From contig CBDCVR010000013.1 in the NCBI GenBank assembly GCA_965223155.1, positions 64,001 to 128,000 of the forward strand: a stretch of 64,000 nt of DNA, in the 5' to 3' direction. The position numbers and the translations under genes are program-made. This stretch comes from Candidatus Multivoradales bacterium (lineage in GTDB: Bacteria > Acidobacteriota > Thermoanaerobaculia > Multivoradales > JAHEKO01). Shown here in pieces: positions 21,301 to 30,800 of the stretch (position 1 is its first letter; every line of letters starts with the position of its first letter). Below the pieces are notes generated by a model. That model was given only the letters and a program-made list of their open reading frames with translations, did not search any database and was not told the DNA's origin.

Positions 21301-21479
21301 TTTCGCTGGTGCCGATTCTCTGGGCCACGGGCACCGGGGCCGACGTCATGCGCCGGATCGCGGCGCCCATGGTCGGCGGCATCGTGACCTCGTTTCTGGC
21401 CGAACTTCTGGTGCTCCCCGGGGTCTACCTCCTTTGGCGCGGGTACCAGATGCGCCGCGACGGGTCCGTCGGCGCCTGA
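18360..21479 (+). CDS. cusA: CusA/CzcA family heavy-metal RND transporter (Cu/Ag type)
   Basis: DAIPDLSDVQV, LGPDATGVGW, NIMSLGGIAI; Met-triad contexts LLYMP, PLSMIET and RIDMLS. Confidence 0.95.
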   Translation: MLNRLIAWSLANRLLVLVVLAVALALGVWSVRESRIDAIPDLSDVQVIVFTEYSGQAPQVVEDQVTYPITSKMLAVPYAKVVRGYSFFGYSFVYVIFEDGTDLYWARSRVLEYLSGLAERLPAGVTPQLGPDATGVGWAFMYVLNSDEHSLADLRSFQDWYLKYGLSSVEGVAEVASIGGFVRQYQVEVDPVRLRAYGLPLSRVRNAIQRSNVEVGGRLVEMSEREFMVRGRGYVREVRDLENVVLGSGPGGVPILLRDVANVTIGPEIRRGLADWNGEGETVGGIVVVRTGADTRSTIRRVKERLAELEAGLPDEVEIEIAYDRTGLIERSVDTLTDTLLEESIVVALVCLVFLFHLRSALVAIVSIPASILLAFVIMRAQGLGANIMSLGGIAISIGVLVDAAVIMVENAHKHYEAWRGKRSHLEIIRRSAQEVGPTLFFTLLVITVSFLPIFALEAQEGRLFKPLAFTKTYTMALSSLLAVTVVPVLMYWFVRGRILSEERHPVSRFLRAVYRPVLAAALRWRWPVLVVTLLVLLLTLVPLSRIGAEFMPPLWEGDLLYMPTTFPGVSVSKAREILQQTDKIIRSFPEVESVLGKVGRAETATDPAPLSMIETTILLKDPSEWRPGLTKDDLIRELDEAVRFPGLTNAWTMPIKTRIDMLSTGIKTPVGIKVGGPDLNELERLAREIESVVKPLPGTLSAYAERVMGGSYLDFDIDREAASRYGLTVGDIQDVVQSAVGGMNVSWTVEGLERYPINLRYPRELRDNPAALEQILVATPTGAQVPLGQLARLELRQGPPGIKSENARPNAWVYVDLRGIDVGSWVERARAEVESRVEVPPGYTVFWSGQYEYMLRAKQRLLVIVPLTLALIFLILYFHLKSVMKTAMVLSAIPFSLVGSVWLLYALDYNWSIAVWVGMIALAGLAAETGVVMLLYLDLAFEKRRSAGELRSFKDLAAAVDQGAVQRIRPKMMTVLTVLVSLVPILWATGTGADVMRRIAAPMVGGIVTSFLAELLVLPGVYLLWRGYQMRRDGSVGA

Positions 21480-21519
21480 CCAGGAGTCCCGCTCGTGGGA
21501 CGCCCGCCGCGGCCCGGGC

Positions 21520-22341
21520 TCAGTCGCCGGCGAGCTGGCCGGCGGTTTCGACCGCTTGCACCACCGCCTTGATCAGGGTGACCCGTAGGCCGCCCTCCTC
21601 GAGCTCGAGCAGGCCGTCGATGGTGCAACCGGCCGGAGTCGTGACCGCGTCCTTGAGCAGCGCCGGGTGGCTGCCGGTCTCGAGCACCATGCCGGCCGCG
21701 CCCAGAGTGGTCTGGGCGGCGAGCAGGGTCGCCACGTCCCGCGGCAGGCCGACCTTGACCCCGGCTTCGGCCAACGATTCCAGGATCACATAGACGAAGG
21801 CCGGGCCGCTGGCCGAAAGGCCGGTGACCGCGTTCATGTAGCGCTCGTCGAGCACCACGGTCCGGCCGACCGCATCGAAGAAGCCCTGAGCGCGGGCGAG
21901 ATCGTTCTCGCCGGCATGGGCGCCCGGTGACAGAGCGGTCATTCCGTGGCCGATCGCCGTCGGGGTGTTGGGCATCGCCCGGATGACGGGGACCGTGCCC
22001 ACGAGGCCCTCGATGGCCGAGGTCGGCACCGCCGCCGCGACCGAGATCAGGAGCTTCGAGGCGTCGAGCGCCGGGGCGATCTGGCGGCAGACCTCAGCCA
22101 CGGTCGGAGGCTTGACGCACAGGATGAGGACGTCGGCGCGCTCGGCGGCGGCGCGGTTATCGGTCGAAACCTCGATTCCGAACCGCTCGACGCGGCCCGG
22201 AACGTGTTCGTCGTGCCCGACGGTTGCCACCACCCGGTTCGGAGTGACCAGCCCCTCCTCCAGAAATGCGGCCAGGAGGATGCCTCCGAGCTTGCCGAGT
22301 CCGAGAACGCCCAGGGTGGCTTGACGGTCCGCTGTACTCAT
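21520..22341 (-). CDS. proC: Pyrroline-5-carboxylate reductase
   Basis: GLGKLG, LCVKP, RAMPNTP, SASGPAF and VTTPAGCT motifs. Confidence 0.95.
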   Translation of the reverse strand: MSTADRQATLGVLGLGKLGGILLAAFLEEGLVTPNRVVATVGHDEHVPGRVERFGIEVSTDNRAAAERADVLILCVKPPTVAEVCRQIAPALDASKLLISVAAAVPTSAIEGLVGTVPVIRAMPNTPTAIGHGMTALSPGAHAGENDLARAQGFFDAVGRTVVLDERYMNAVTGLSASGPAFVYVILESLAEAGVKVGLPRDVATLLAAQTTLGAAGMVLETGSHPALLKDAVTTPAGCTIDGLLELEEGGLRVTLIKAVVQAVETAGQLAGD

Positions 22342-22436
22342 ATCGTGCCTCCGCCTGGATCGTACCGTTCGGAGCGCGCCGCGGAATAGGGGGTTCGAGC
22401 AACGAGCCGCGGCCCTGGGGCGGCGGCACGCACTTC

Positions 22437-22442
22437 TATAAT
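22437..22442 (+). promoter_or_regulatory. Sigma70-type -10 box upstream of the M24 peptidase
   Basis: Exact TATAAT in a GC-rich intergenic gap, followed by GGAGGT and ATG 22464. Confidence 0.55.
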
Positions 22443-22463
22443 GACCGCCGACGGGGAGGTCGA

Positions 22464-23852
22464 ATGCGAACGAAAGACGGGATTGCAGCAGTCACCCTTG
22501 CCGCCATGACGCTGGCCGGGCCGTGGTACGGGTCGGGCCCAGCCCGCGCCGGAACGACAGGGCCCGCTTTCGCGGCGGCCGGTGCGGCGGCGAGCGGCTG
22601 GAACCGGGCGCGGGCGCGTTGGGAGCGGATGAACCAGATCCGGCGCGACAAGTTCGACTTGGTGCTGCCCGAGGCCATGCGCGAGAACGGCATCGATCTC
22701 TGGATCGTGATGATCCGCGAGGCGAACTACGAGCCTCTCTGGCCGGACCTCGGCCATGGTTACACCATGGATCGGGGTTTCTACGTCTTCTTCGATCCGG
22801 GCGAGGGGCGCGTCGAACGGGCGGCTCTAGGAATCTCGGGTCCCCGCCTGGAGGGCTCGGGTGCTTACGACTACTTCGGCTCGGCCGACGAGCTGGCCGA
22901 GTTCGTCGGCAGCCGGAACCCGTCGCGCATCGGACTCAACCTGTCGCGCGCGATCGGTCCCGCCGATGGCCTGTCCCACACCGGGTACGAGGAGATCCTG
23001 GAGACGCTGGGATCGGAGCTCGCCGGCCGGGTGGTCTCGGCCGAGAAGTTGGTGTCGGACTTTCGCTCGCGCCGGGTGGCGACCGAGATTGCCGCCTATG
23101 CCGAGGCCGGCGAGATCTCGCGCGAGATCGCCGAACGGGCCTTCTCGAACGAGGTTATCGTGCCGGGAGAGACGACCTTGGCGGACGTGGCTTGGTGGAT
23201 GGCGGAGGAGACCGACCGGCGAGGCCTGGACCTGTCCTTCGGCCAGCCCTCGGTCTACGTCACCGGTCCGGGCGGCATCGAAGCGATCTCGAGCGAGCGC
23301 GTGATCCAGCGTGGCGATCTCTTGATGATCGATTGGGGAGTCGGCTTCTTGAACCTCTATACCGACATGAAACGGGTGGCCTACGTGCTGCGGGAGGGCG
23401 AAACCGAAGCGCCGGAGGGTTTCCGGCGGGCCTACGAACAGGCCCTGGCCGCTCGAGACGTGGTGCGCCGGACGATCCGGTCGGGCGTGCCCGCCCGGGA
23501 GGCCGAGCGAGCCGTCTACACCGCCCTCGAAGCAGCTGGCTTCCAGGAGATCGGCTTCAATCAGCCGAGCGATCGGGACGTGACCGACGTCGTCATCGGC
23601 TGCCATTCGGTGGGCAACTCAGGGCACGGCGCCGGACCCTCGATTGCCTTCTTCAATCCCACGCGCCTGACCTATGAGATTCGGCCCACGAATCTGCTCT
23701 CGATCGAGCTCTTCGCCTACACGCGAGTGGCCGACGTCGAAGGATGGAATGGCGCCAAGCTGCGCATCCCGATCGAGGACGACGCGGTGGTGACTGGGCG
23801 CGGCGTGGAGTGGCTGTACCCGGCCGCCGATCGCATCCTGCTGATTCGGTAG
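22464..23852 (+). CDS. M24 family metallopeptidase (Xaa-Pro aminopeptidase-like), probably exported
   Basis: Signal peptide; metal-ligand contexts IDWG, YTDMKR, CHSVG, HGAGP, SIE and IEDD. Confidence 0.85.
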   Translation: MRTKDGIAAVTLAAMTLAGPWYGSGPARAGTTGPAFAAAGAAASGWNRARARWERMNQIRRDKFDLVLPEAMRENGIDLWIVMIREANYEPLWPDLGHGYTMDRGFYVFFDPGEGRVERAALGISGPRLEGSGAYDYFGSADELAEFVGSRNPSRIGLNLSRAIGPADGLSHTGYEEILETLGSELAGRVVSAEKLVSDFRSRRVATEIAAYAEAGEISREIAERAFSNEVIVPGETTLADVAWWMAEETDRRGLDLSFGQPSVYVTGPGGIEAISSERVIQRGDLLMIDWGVGFLNLYTDMKRVAYVLREGETEAPEGFRRAYEQALAARDVVRRTIRSGVPAREAERAVYTALEAAGFQEIGFNQPSDRDVTDVVIGCHSVGNSGHGAGPSIAFFNPTRLTYEIRPTNLLSIELFAYTRVADVEGWNGAKLRIPIEDDAVVTGRGVEWLYPAADRILLIR

Positions 23853-23917
23853 CCGGCGGGAATTCGGCCGCGCGTCCCGAGCTTCGGCCAAGAGGGCCGC
23901 AGGCGTGGGCGCGGGCG

Positions 23918-24490
23918 CTAGCCGCGGTGGATTCGGGGCGGCCCGCCGGCGCCGTGGGCGATCGAGAACGAGACGTGGATCACGCCGGAGTCAACGCAGC
24001 GGTGGACGTCGAATCCGCTGTGCAGGAAGACCTCCATCATCTTGAGGTTCTCGCCCAGTACCTCGCCGGTGAAAACCTCGACGCCGAGGCCACGTCCCAC
24101 GTTCGCCAGATGGTAGAGCAGAAGCGTGCCGATGCCGCGGTTCTGGTACTCGTCGATGACGGCGAAGGCGGCCTCGGCTTCGATCGGTCTGGCGTCCGGC
24201 GCGACGACGTAGCGCGCCACGCCGACGATGTGCTCGGAGCCGCCCTCTTGGCAGGTCGCCACCAGGCCCACGTGGCGACTGAAATCGACCTCAGTGAAGT
24301 AGGAAAGATCGCGTTCGCTGAGCCGGGCCTTGAGCTCGAAGAAGCGGAAGTAGACCGACTCCGGGCTCAGCCGGCTGAAGGATTCCTGGAGCAGATCCTT
24401 GTCATCCGGCCGGATCGCCCGGATGAGGAGGTCGGCGCCGTCGCGGGTCGTCTCGCGAGCTTCGTAGCCCCGAGCGTCGGAAGTCCTCAC
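23918..24490 (-). CDS. GNAT N-acetyltransferase (Pat-type GNAT domain)
   Basis: RDG..LIRAIRPDD, RLSPESVYFRFF, IVGVARY, AFAVIDEYQNRGIGT, VLGENLKM. Confidence 0.88.
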   Translation of the reverse strand: MRTSDARGYEARETTRDGADLLIRAIRPDDKDLLQESFSRLSPESVYFRFFELKARLSERDLSYFTEVDFSRHVGLVATCQEGGSEHIVGVARYVVAPDARPIEAEAAFAVIDEYQNRGIGTLLLYHLANVGRGLGVEVFTGEVLGENLKMMEVFLHSGFDVHRCVDSGVIHVSFSIAHGAGGPPRIHRG

Positions 24491-24496
24491 CTGGGA

Positions 24497-24503
24497 TAGC
24501 CTA
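24497..24503. promoter_or_regulatory. Putative bidirectional -10 element (TAGCCT on +, TAGGCT on -) for two leaderless genes
   Basis: Each hexamer fits TAnnnT and lies exactly 7 nt before its start codon (ATG 24510 on +, GTG 24490 on -). No Shine-Dalgarno in the 19-bp gap. Confidence 0.6.
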
Positions 24504-24509
24504 CGCCGG

Positions 24510-26627
24510 ATGAGCCCTTCGACGCGAGTGGCCCGAAGCCTGGATGCGATCTTCTCGCCTCGAACCATTGCCGTTGTGGGTGCTTCGCGGCGGCGCGACT
24601 CGATCGGCTACGCCCTCGTGCACAACCTGGTGATGAGCCGGTTCGAAGGGACGATCTTTCCGGTGAATCCGAAGGCGCGGTCGATTCACTCGCTCCGGGC
24701 CTATCCCTCCCTCGCGGAGGTGCCGGATCCAGTGGATCTGGCGGTGATCGTGGTTCCGAGGGAGACCGTCCTCGAGGTAGTGGACGAGTGCGCCGAGGCC
24801 GGAGCCAAGGGGCTCGTCGTCATCACCGCGGGGTTCGCCGAGACCGGCGCCGAGGGGGCGCGCCTGGAGCGCGAGTTGGCGAAGAAGGCGGCGGCGGCGG
24901 GCATGCGCATGATCGGTCCGAACTGCATGGGAGTGATCAACGCCGACGAGGCGGTGTCGATGAACGCCACCTTCGCGCCCACGCCGGCCGAGCGCGGCTC
25001 GCTCGGTTTCGTCAGCCAGTCCGGCGCCTTGGGGGTGGCGATCTTGAACGCGGCTTCCAATCTGGGCATCGGCTTCACCCAGTTCGCGTCGATCGGCAAC
25101 AAGGCCGACATCACCAGCAACGATCTGCTGGAGTACTGGGAGGACGACGACAAGACCCGGGTGGTGTGCATGTACCTCGAATCGTTCGGCAATCCGCGCC
25201 GCTTTACCGAGGTCGCCAAGCGAGTGGGCCGCAAGAAGCCGATCCTGATCGTCAAGTCGGGACGAACGGAAGAGGGGGCGCGGGCGGCCTCGAGTCACAC
25301 CGGCGCCGTGGCGGGTCACGACGTGACCGTATCGACCTTCCTGGCCGAGTGCGGCGTGCTGCGGGCGAACTCCATCGAGGAGCTCTTCGCCGTGGCTCAG
25401 GCGCTCGATCGCTGCAATCTGCCGGGCGGCAATCGCGTGGCGATCCTGACCAACGCCGGTGGGCCGGCGATCATGGCAACGGACGCGCTGGTGAACCAGC
25501 ACCTGGAGATCGCAACGCTGTCTGAGGCGACCCGCGAACGGCTGGCTTCGGTGCTGCCGGCTGAGGCCAGCGTCGCCAACCCGATCGACATGATCGCTTC
25601 GGCGACCGCCGCCGACTACCGGCGGTGTCTCGAGATCCTGGCCGCCGACGACAGCGTGAACATGGTGCTGGTGGTCAACGTCACGCCGCTCCTGGGCAAC
25701 CCCATCGACGTTCTGACCGAGATCGGCGCCGCGATCGACGCCGGCATCGAGGTGCCCGTGCTGTCCGTGATGATGGCAACCGAAGACTTCTACGAGGCGG
25801 TCCAGCGGCGGCCGGATCTCCCTCCGGTCTACCGCTTCCCGGAGCCGGCGGCTCGAGCCCTGGCTCAGATGACGCGCTACGCCGAATGGCGGCGGCGGCC
25901 GGCGGCCGAGGAAGCCCCCGACTTTCAAGTCGATGACGAGGCCGTGGCCGAGATTCTGGCCCGTACCCAGGGCGGCTTCCTGCCGGTCCAGGATGCGTTT
26001 CGCGTGCTCGAGCTCTACGGCATCCCGGTGATCCCCTGGCGCCTAGCGGCGAGCGCGGACGAGGCGGTGGCGGCCGCGGGCCAGCTGGGGTTTCCGGTCG
26101 CGATCAAGGCGGAGGCGCCGGGCCTGGTGCACAAGAGCGACATCGGGGCGCTCCGGTTGGGGCTCGAGAGCTCGCTTCAGGCCTCCGACGCGGTCGCCGG
26201 CATCGCCGCCGCGCTAGACCGCGAGAAGCTCGCGCCGAGCGGATACCTGGTGCAGAAGATGGGTGGCGGCGGCCACGAGGTCCTGTTCGGGATCGCCACC
26301 GATGAGCGCTTCGGCCCGGTCTTGGCCGTGGGCCTCGGGGGCCGCTACGTGGAAGTCTGGCGCGACGTACGTTTCGGCGTGCCGCCGCTGTCGCGAGCTG
26401 AAGCCGAGGCCATGATTCGGGGTCTGCGCGGTTTCCGGCTGCTGGAAGGCGTACGCGGCGATCGTCCGGCGGACTTGGACGTTCTGGTGGAGGCGCTGAT
26501 GCGCCTTGCCCAGTTGTCGCAACGACATCCGGCGATCCAGGAGCTCGACATCAATCCCTTCCTGGCGGCGCCGGACCGGGCCGAGGCGGTGGCCGTGGAC
26601 GTCCGGATCTCGGTCAGCTCCGGCTAG
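24510..26627 (+). CDS. ADP-forming acetate/acyl-CoA ligase family protein (CoA-binding, ligase, ATP-grasp), no fused GNAT
   Basis: IAVVGAS, IGPNCMG, VSQSGALG, SHTGA (phospho-His context), TNAGG, NPIDM, HKSDIG, ELDINP. Confidence 0.92.
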   Translation: MSPSTRVARSLDAIFSPRTIAVVGASRRRDSIGYALVHNLVMSRFEGTIFPVNPKARSIHSLRAYPSLAEVPDPVDLAVIVVPRETVLEVVDECAEAGAKGLVVITAGFAETGAEGARLERELAKKAAAAGMRMIGPNCMGVINADEAVSMNATFAPTPAERGSLGFVSQSGALGVAILNAASNLGIGFTQFASIGNKADITSNDLLEYWEDDDKTRVVCMYLESFGNPRRFTEVAKRVGRKKPILIVKSGRTEEGARAASSHTGAVAGHDVTVSTFLAECGVLRANSIEELFAVAQALDRCNLPGGNRVAILTNAGGPAIMATDALVNQHLEIATLSEATRERLASVLPAEASVANPIDMIASATAADYRRCLEILAADDSVNMVLVVNVTPLLGNPIDVLTEIGAAIDAGIEVPVLSVMMATEDFYEAVQRRPDLPPVYRFPEPAARALAQMTRYAEWRRRPAAEEAPDFQVDDEAVAEILARTQGGFLPVQDAFRVLELYGIPVIPWRLAASADEAVAAAGQLGFPVAIKAEAPGLVHKSDIGALRLGLESSLQASDAVAGIAAALDREKLAPSGYLVQKMGGGGHEVLFGIATDERFGPVLAVGLGGRYVEVWRDVRFGVPPLSRAEAEAMIRGLRGFRLLEGVRGDRPADLDVLVEALMRLAQLSQRHPAIQELDINPFLAAPDRAEAVAVDVRISVSSG

Positions 26628-26807
26628 CCTGGCTTTCTCACAAGCCTTCGTCCAGAAAGCCGCAAGTGTCTGGATCTGCGGCGTTACGCTCCACTCAGGC
26701 TCCTCGACGTAGCTACAGCTACGCCTGCGTCGCCCTCGGTCGCAAGCCTTGCATCTCCAAACACTTGAGACCTTCTGATTCAAACGCCTGTGAGAAAGCC
26801 AGGCTAG
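26624..26807. mobile_element. MITE-like non-autonomous inverted-repeat element (184 bp)
   Basis: Perfect 19-bp terminal inverted repeats CTAGCCTGGCTTTCTCACA (26624-26642) and TGTGAGAAAGCCAGGCTAG (26789-26807); nested imperfect inverted repeats; central CGTAGCT-ac-AGCTACG hairpin; no transposase. Confidence 0.7.
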
Positions 26808-26824
26808 GCCGGAGAGGGGGCAAG

Positions 26825-26850
26825 AAAAAAGAGGGTCCCGAAGGACCCTC
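26825..26850 (-). terminator. Rho-independent terminator of the RRM gene
   Basis: Minus strand reads GAGGGTCC-TTCG-GGACCCTC followed by TTTTTT. Confidence 0.88.
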
Positions 26851-26918
26851 TGAAGTTGGTTGGCCTTGCCGCGACGAACCGGAGCCCCGAGACTCGGGAT
26901 CCGTCACCTTGGAATCGG

Positions 26919-27200
26919 CTACCAGGAACGGCGATCGCGGAAGCCGCCGTCGTCGCGCCGAGGACGGGCCTCGTTGACGGTCAGCGAGCGGCCGCCCATC
27001 GAGGTGCCGGCCAACGCGGCGATCGCTGCATCGGCGGCGTCTCCCGGCATCTCGACGAAGCCGAAGCCACGGGGACGCCCGGTGTGGCGATCCATGATGA
27101 GGTTGACACTCTCGACGTCACCGTAGGGGGCGAACAGCTCACGGAGCTCCTCGTCGGTGGCGCTGTACGGCAGGTTGCCTACGTAAATCTTCTTACTCAT
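26919..27200 (-). CDS. RRM (RNP-1) RNA-binding protein
   Basis: KIYVGNL (RNP2), RGFGFVEM (RNP1), LTVNEAR and an Arg/Gly tail. Confidence 0.95.
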   Translation of the reverse strand: MSKKIYVGNLPYSATDEELRELFAPYGDVESVNLIMDRHTGRPRGFGFVEMPGDAADAAIAALAGTSMGGRSLTVNEARPRRDDGGFRDRRSW

Positions 27201-27391
27201 GTTGTCTCTGTCTCTTTCTCGAGGTGGCGTGGATACACCACGCGCGTTGCTGATTAGCGATTCCGACGGCCGGAATCTCCCGACGGAGCTGAATTCCTAG
27301 TGACGCTTGGGAAGGACTACTTTCTGAAAGACTCGGGGCATTCGTCAGCAGCGTTCCCCCATGGGTCAGGGGATGAGGCTCCAACGCAGGC

Positions 27392-27421
27392 AGTATATGC
27401 ACGGTTTTCCCGCCCTGTAAA
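27392..27421 (-). promoter_or_regulatory. Sigma70 promoter of the RRM gene
   Basis: TTTACA-18 nt-TATACT on the minus strand; implies a leader of about 185 nt. Confidence 0.6.
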
Positions 27422-27867
27422 GCATTTCCGGGGGGCGTGAGGTCGGGCCTCACCGGGCCTCTGTTGCGGTACGTTGGGCGGCGAGGCCGGGCCTTGCCGT
27501 TTGCACTTGGTGTCCGCCCCACAACGGGGTCCCCGCAAGAAAGGCGAAGCCGTGCCGGAGGCTCGGCCTTCCTGGCCGCCGGGGCTGTCAGGGAGAAGAA
27601 GGTTGAGCGCCGCCGCCTGGGACCTGTACACTAGGCGCCGCTGCGGGCCGCGAGGGCTCCGGGCCCCAAGCAGGCCTGGGAATCCGGTTCGCCGCGGCGG
27701 CTGCGGGCCAGCGCCCGCGGCGATGTCGGAGTCGGCCTCCACATCTGGTCTTTCTGCTACGAGTCCCTCGGAAAGTCGCCCGTTCCCAGGCGCCCTCGCG
27801 AATCGCCGGAGCGATGCCCCCGAGGCAGCCGAGCCGGTCCTCGAGGTAGGCCACAGCCCAAGCTTTG

Positions 27868-30800
27868 ATGAGCAAGGAAAGTTCAAGTCCAGCCCGCAAG
27901 CGCGGTCGCGGCCGTGGCCGGAGCGGGGCTCCTCAGGGGCCGGTGCCGCTGCATCGGCGTAGCCGCTCGCACTTTCGACCGGAAGAGCGCGAGCGCGGTG
28001 TCGAGTGCTTCTTCGAAGGGCGAGTCGGACTGGAGATCGACGGTCCGCGAGCCCAGGGCAGCGTGACCCTGGGCGAGGGCGATGCCGCCGAGACCTTTCG
28101 CGTGGGCGTCGATTGGCACCGGATCGCCGAGCGGAGAGTTCACACCTATTGCGAGTGCCCGCGCTTCGAGCGCGGCCAGTTCTGCCGCCACGTGTGGGCG
28201 GTTCTGCTGGCATTGGGTGAGTCGGGTGAAGAGCACCAGCCGCCCGGCAAGGACCGCCTGGGACTGCGCAAGGACGGTCCGGAGGCGTGGACCGAGCTCA
28301 CCTCCTTCGCCGGCGGGGAGACGGTGGAGCCGCCGCCGGCCGAGCCCGGCCGCGATCCCGAGGCGATCAAGAAGACCGTGCACTTGGCCCGGCCGCCGCG
28401 CAAGGCGGCGCGCTCGGCGGCGCGGTCGGGCCGGGGCGCCCCGGCCTCCTGGCGGTCGGTCGTGGCGGCTCTCGGTGACGAGCTTGCGGTGGCGCAGGGC
28501 CCTGCCGCGATTCCGCAGAGCGCGGCGCCGGCGCGGAACCCGACGCCGGTTCAGTTCGCGATCAACACGGCCGCAAGCGAGCAGAGCGCGGGCCTCGTTC
28601 TGGACATCTTCGAGCGTTCGGTCTCGGCCGGAGGCAAGCCCAAGAAGGCCAAGCGCGCGACGGTCGAGCACGGCCGCCTCGAGCGGTTGCTGCTGCCTTC
28701 CGGACCCAATGGCGGCGACTCGCCGGCGCCTTCGCTGACCCTGGTTCCGGAACTGTCGCCGGCTCCGGCCCGCCGCAAGAACCCGCCGCGGAAGGGCGGA
28801 CGCCGGCGCAAACAGGCGCAGGACGGAGTCAGGCGGCTCATGCTTCCGCCGGCGCTCTATCCTTTGGCTTTGCCGCACCTCGCGAGCCAGCGCATGCTCA
28901 GCCGCTGGGACGGCCGGGCGCTCAACAGCGTCCGTCCTGTGCGCTGGGACAGCGGCGGCGTTTGGCACCTGGCACTGGAACTGGCGGTGGGCTCGAAGGG
29001 AGTGGCCCGGCTGACCGGCGCGCTCGAGCGGCGCACCGAGTCGATTCCCTTGGGTGAGCCGGCCCTGATTCTGGTGCCCGCCGCGGACGGGCAGAACGGT
29101 TCTTCGCGGGCACTGGTGGTGCTGGCCGACACCATCGGCTGGCTGGAAGTGGATCGGCGGCGCGACCTGCCGTGGATCCGGTTTCTGCGAAGCGACGGTG
29201 AGCTGGTGATTCCCGAAAAGGAAGTCGAGATGGCGGTCTCGCAGCTTCTGCAGCTTCCGGCGCTGCCGCGGCTGGAGATGCCGGACGACCTGGGGCTGGA
29301 AGAAGAGATCCGTACGCCTCAGCCGCGACTGGCCTTGGAGCCCGAGCCGGCGTATCTGAACCGGCCCTACTTGGCCGAGCTTTCCTTCGACTACGGGACG
29401 GTCGAGATCGAGGCCGACGACACGCGCTCCTCGGTCGTGGATTGGGAGACCCGCACGATGCTGCGGCGGGACCTGGAGCAGGAGAGCGCGGCGGTGGTGC
29501 GCCTGCTGGAGCTGGGGCTCAATGCGGTCGAGTCGGCGGACGGGGGGATGCAGGCGTTGCACCTCGATCCGAGCCGGCTGCCGGCGGTGATCGAGCCATT
29601 GCTCCAGGAGGGCTGGAGCGTCGAGGTCCAGGGCCGAACCGTGTGTCCGCCCAGCCCGCCGAACCTCAAGATCGAAAGCGGCATCGACTGGTTCGATCTC
29701 TCGGGCGAAGTTGACTTCGACGGAGACCAGTTGGATCTGGCCGCGGTGCTGGATGCTGTCTCCCGGGGCGATCACTTCGTCGAGCTGGAAGACGGTTCCA
29801 AGGGGCTGCTGCCAACCGCCTGGATGGAAACCTACGACTCGCTCGCCGACGCCGCCCGCGAGACCACTGAATCCGGCTTGCGATTCCAGTTCTCGCAGGC
29901 GCTGCTGGTGGACGCCCTGCTGACCGCGATGCCGCCCGCGGACGTTGACGAGGCGTTTTCGAACCTGCGCGAGAAGCTGGGCTCATTCGAGCGGATTAAG
30001 CCGAAGAAGGAGCCGCGCGGTTTCGGCGGCACGCTGCGCGCCTATCAGCGTCGGGGCTTGGGCTGGCTGACGTTTCTGCGCGAGTTCGGTCTCGGGGGTG
30101 TCCTCGCCGACGACATGGGATTGGGCAAGACCGTGCAGGTCCTGGCCCTGATTCTCGCCCACCGAACGCCATCGAAGACGACCAAGCTACCGTTTCTGGT
30201 CGTGGCTCCTCGGAGCGTGGTCTACAACTGGCTGGACGAAGCCGCCCAGTTCACTCCCAAACTCAAGGTCGTCGAATACCGCGGAGCCGGCCGCGAGGAG
30301 CTGCTCGAGAAATTCGGCAAGTTCGACGTCGTGGTCACGACCTACGGCACGCTCCGTCGCGACATCAGCGAGCTGGCCCAGATCGAGTTCGACACGGTGA
30401 TTCTGGACGAGGCCCAGGCGATCAAGAATCCGACGTCTCAGACCGCCAAGGCCAGCCGTCTGCTGAACGCGCGCCATCGTCTGGCGCTGACCGGCACGCC
30501 CATCGAGAATCACCTGGGCGAGCTGGGCTCGATCTTCGAATTCCTGAATCCGAACTTCCTGGGCCGGCTGCCCCGGCTCGAGGTACTGACCGCGCGCAGG
30601 GTTCCGAGCAAGAAGGAGCTAGCGCAGCTCGCCGAGGATCTAAGGCCGTTTATCCTACGCCGCACAAAGGCCCAGGTGCTGCCCGACCTGCCGCCCAAGA
30701 CCGAACAGGTTCTGCTTTGCACCATGCGCTCGGAGCAGCGCGAGCTCTACGACCAGGTTCGGGCCGGGTACCAGGCCAGCCTGCTCGAGCAGGTCGAGAC

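Noticed and set aside
23850-24540. Active invertible switch flipping the GNAT into fusion with the ligase
   Set aside because: Only a weak GCTTCGG(G)CCA similarity at the flanks, no recombinase nearby, and the GNAT has its own stop codon.
27422-27867. Possible small gene or ncRNA upstream of the SNF2 gene
   Set aside because: Candidate ORFs are low-complexity with no motifs, and no recognisable RNA family; left unannotated.
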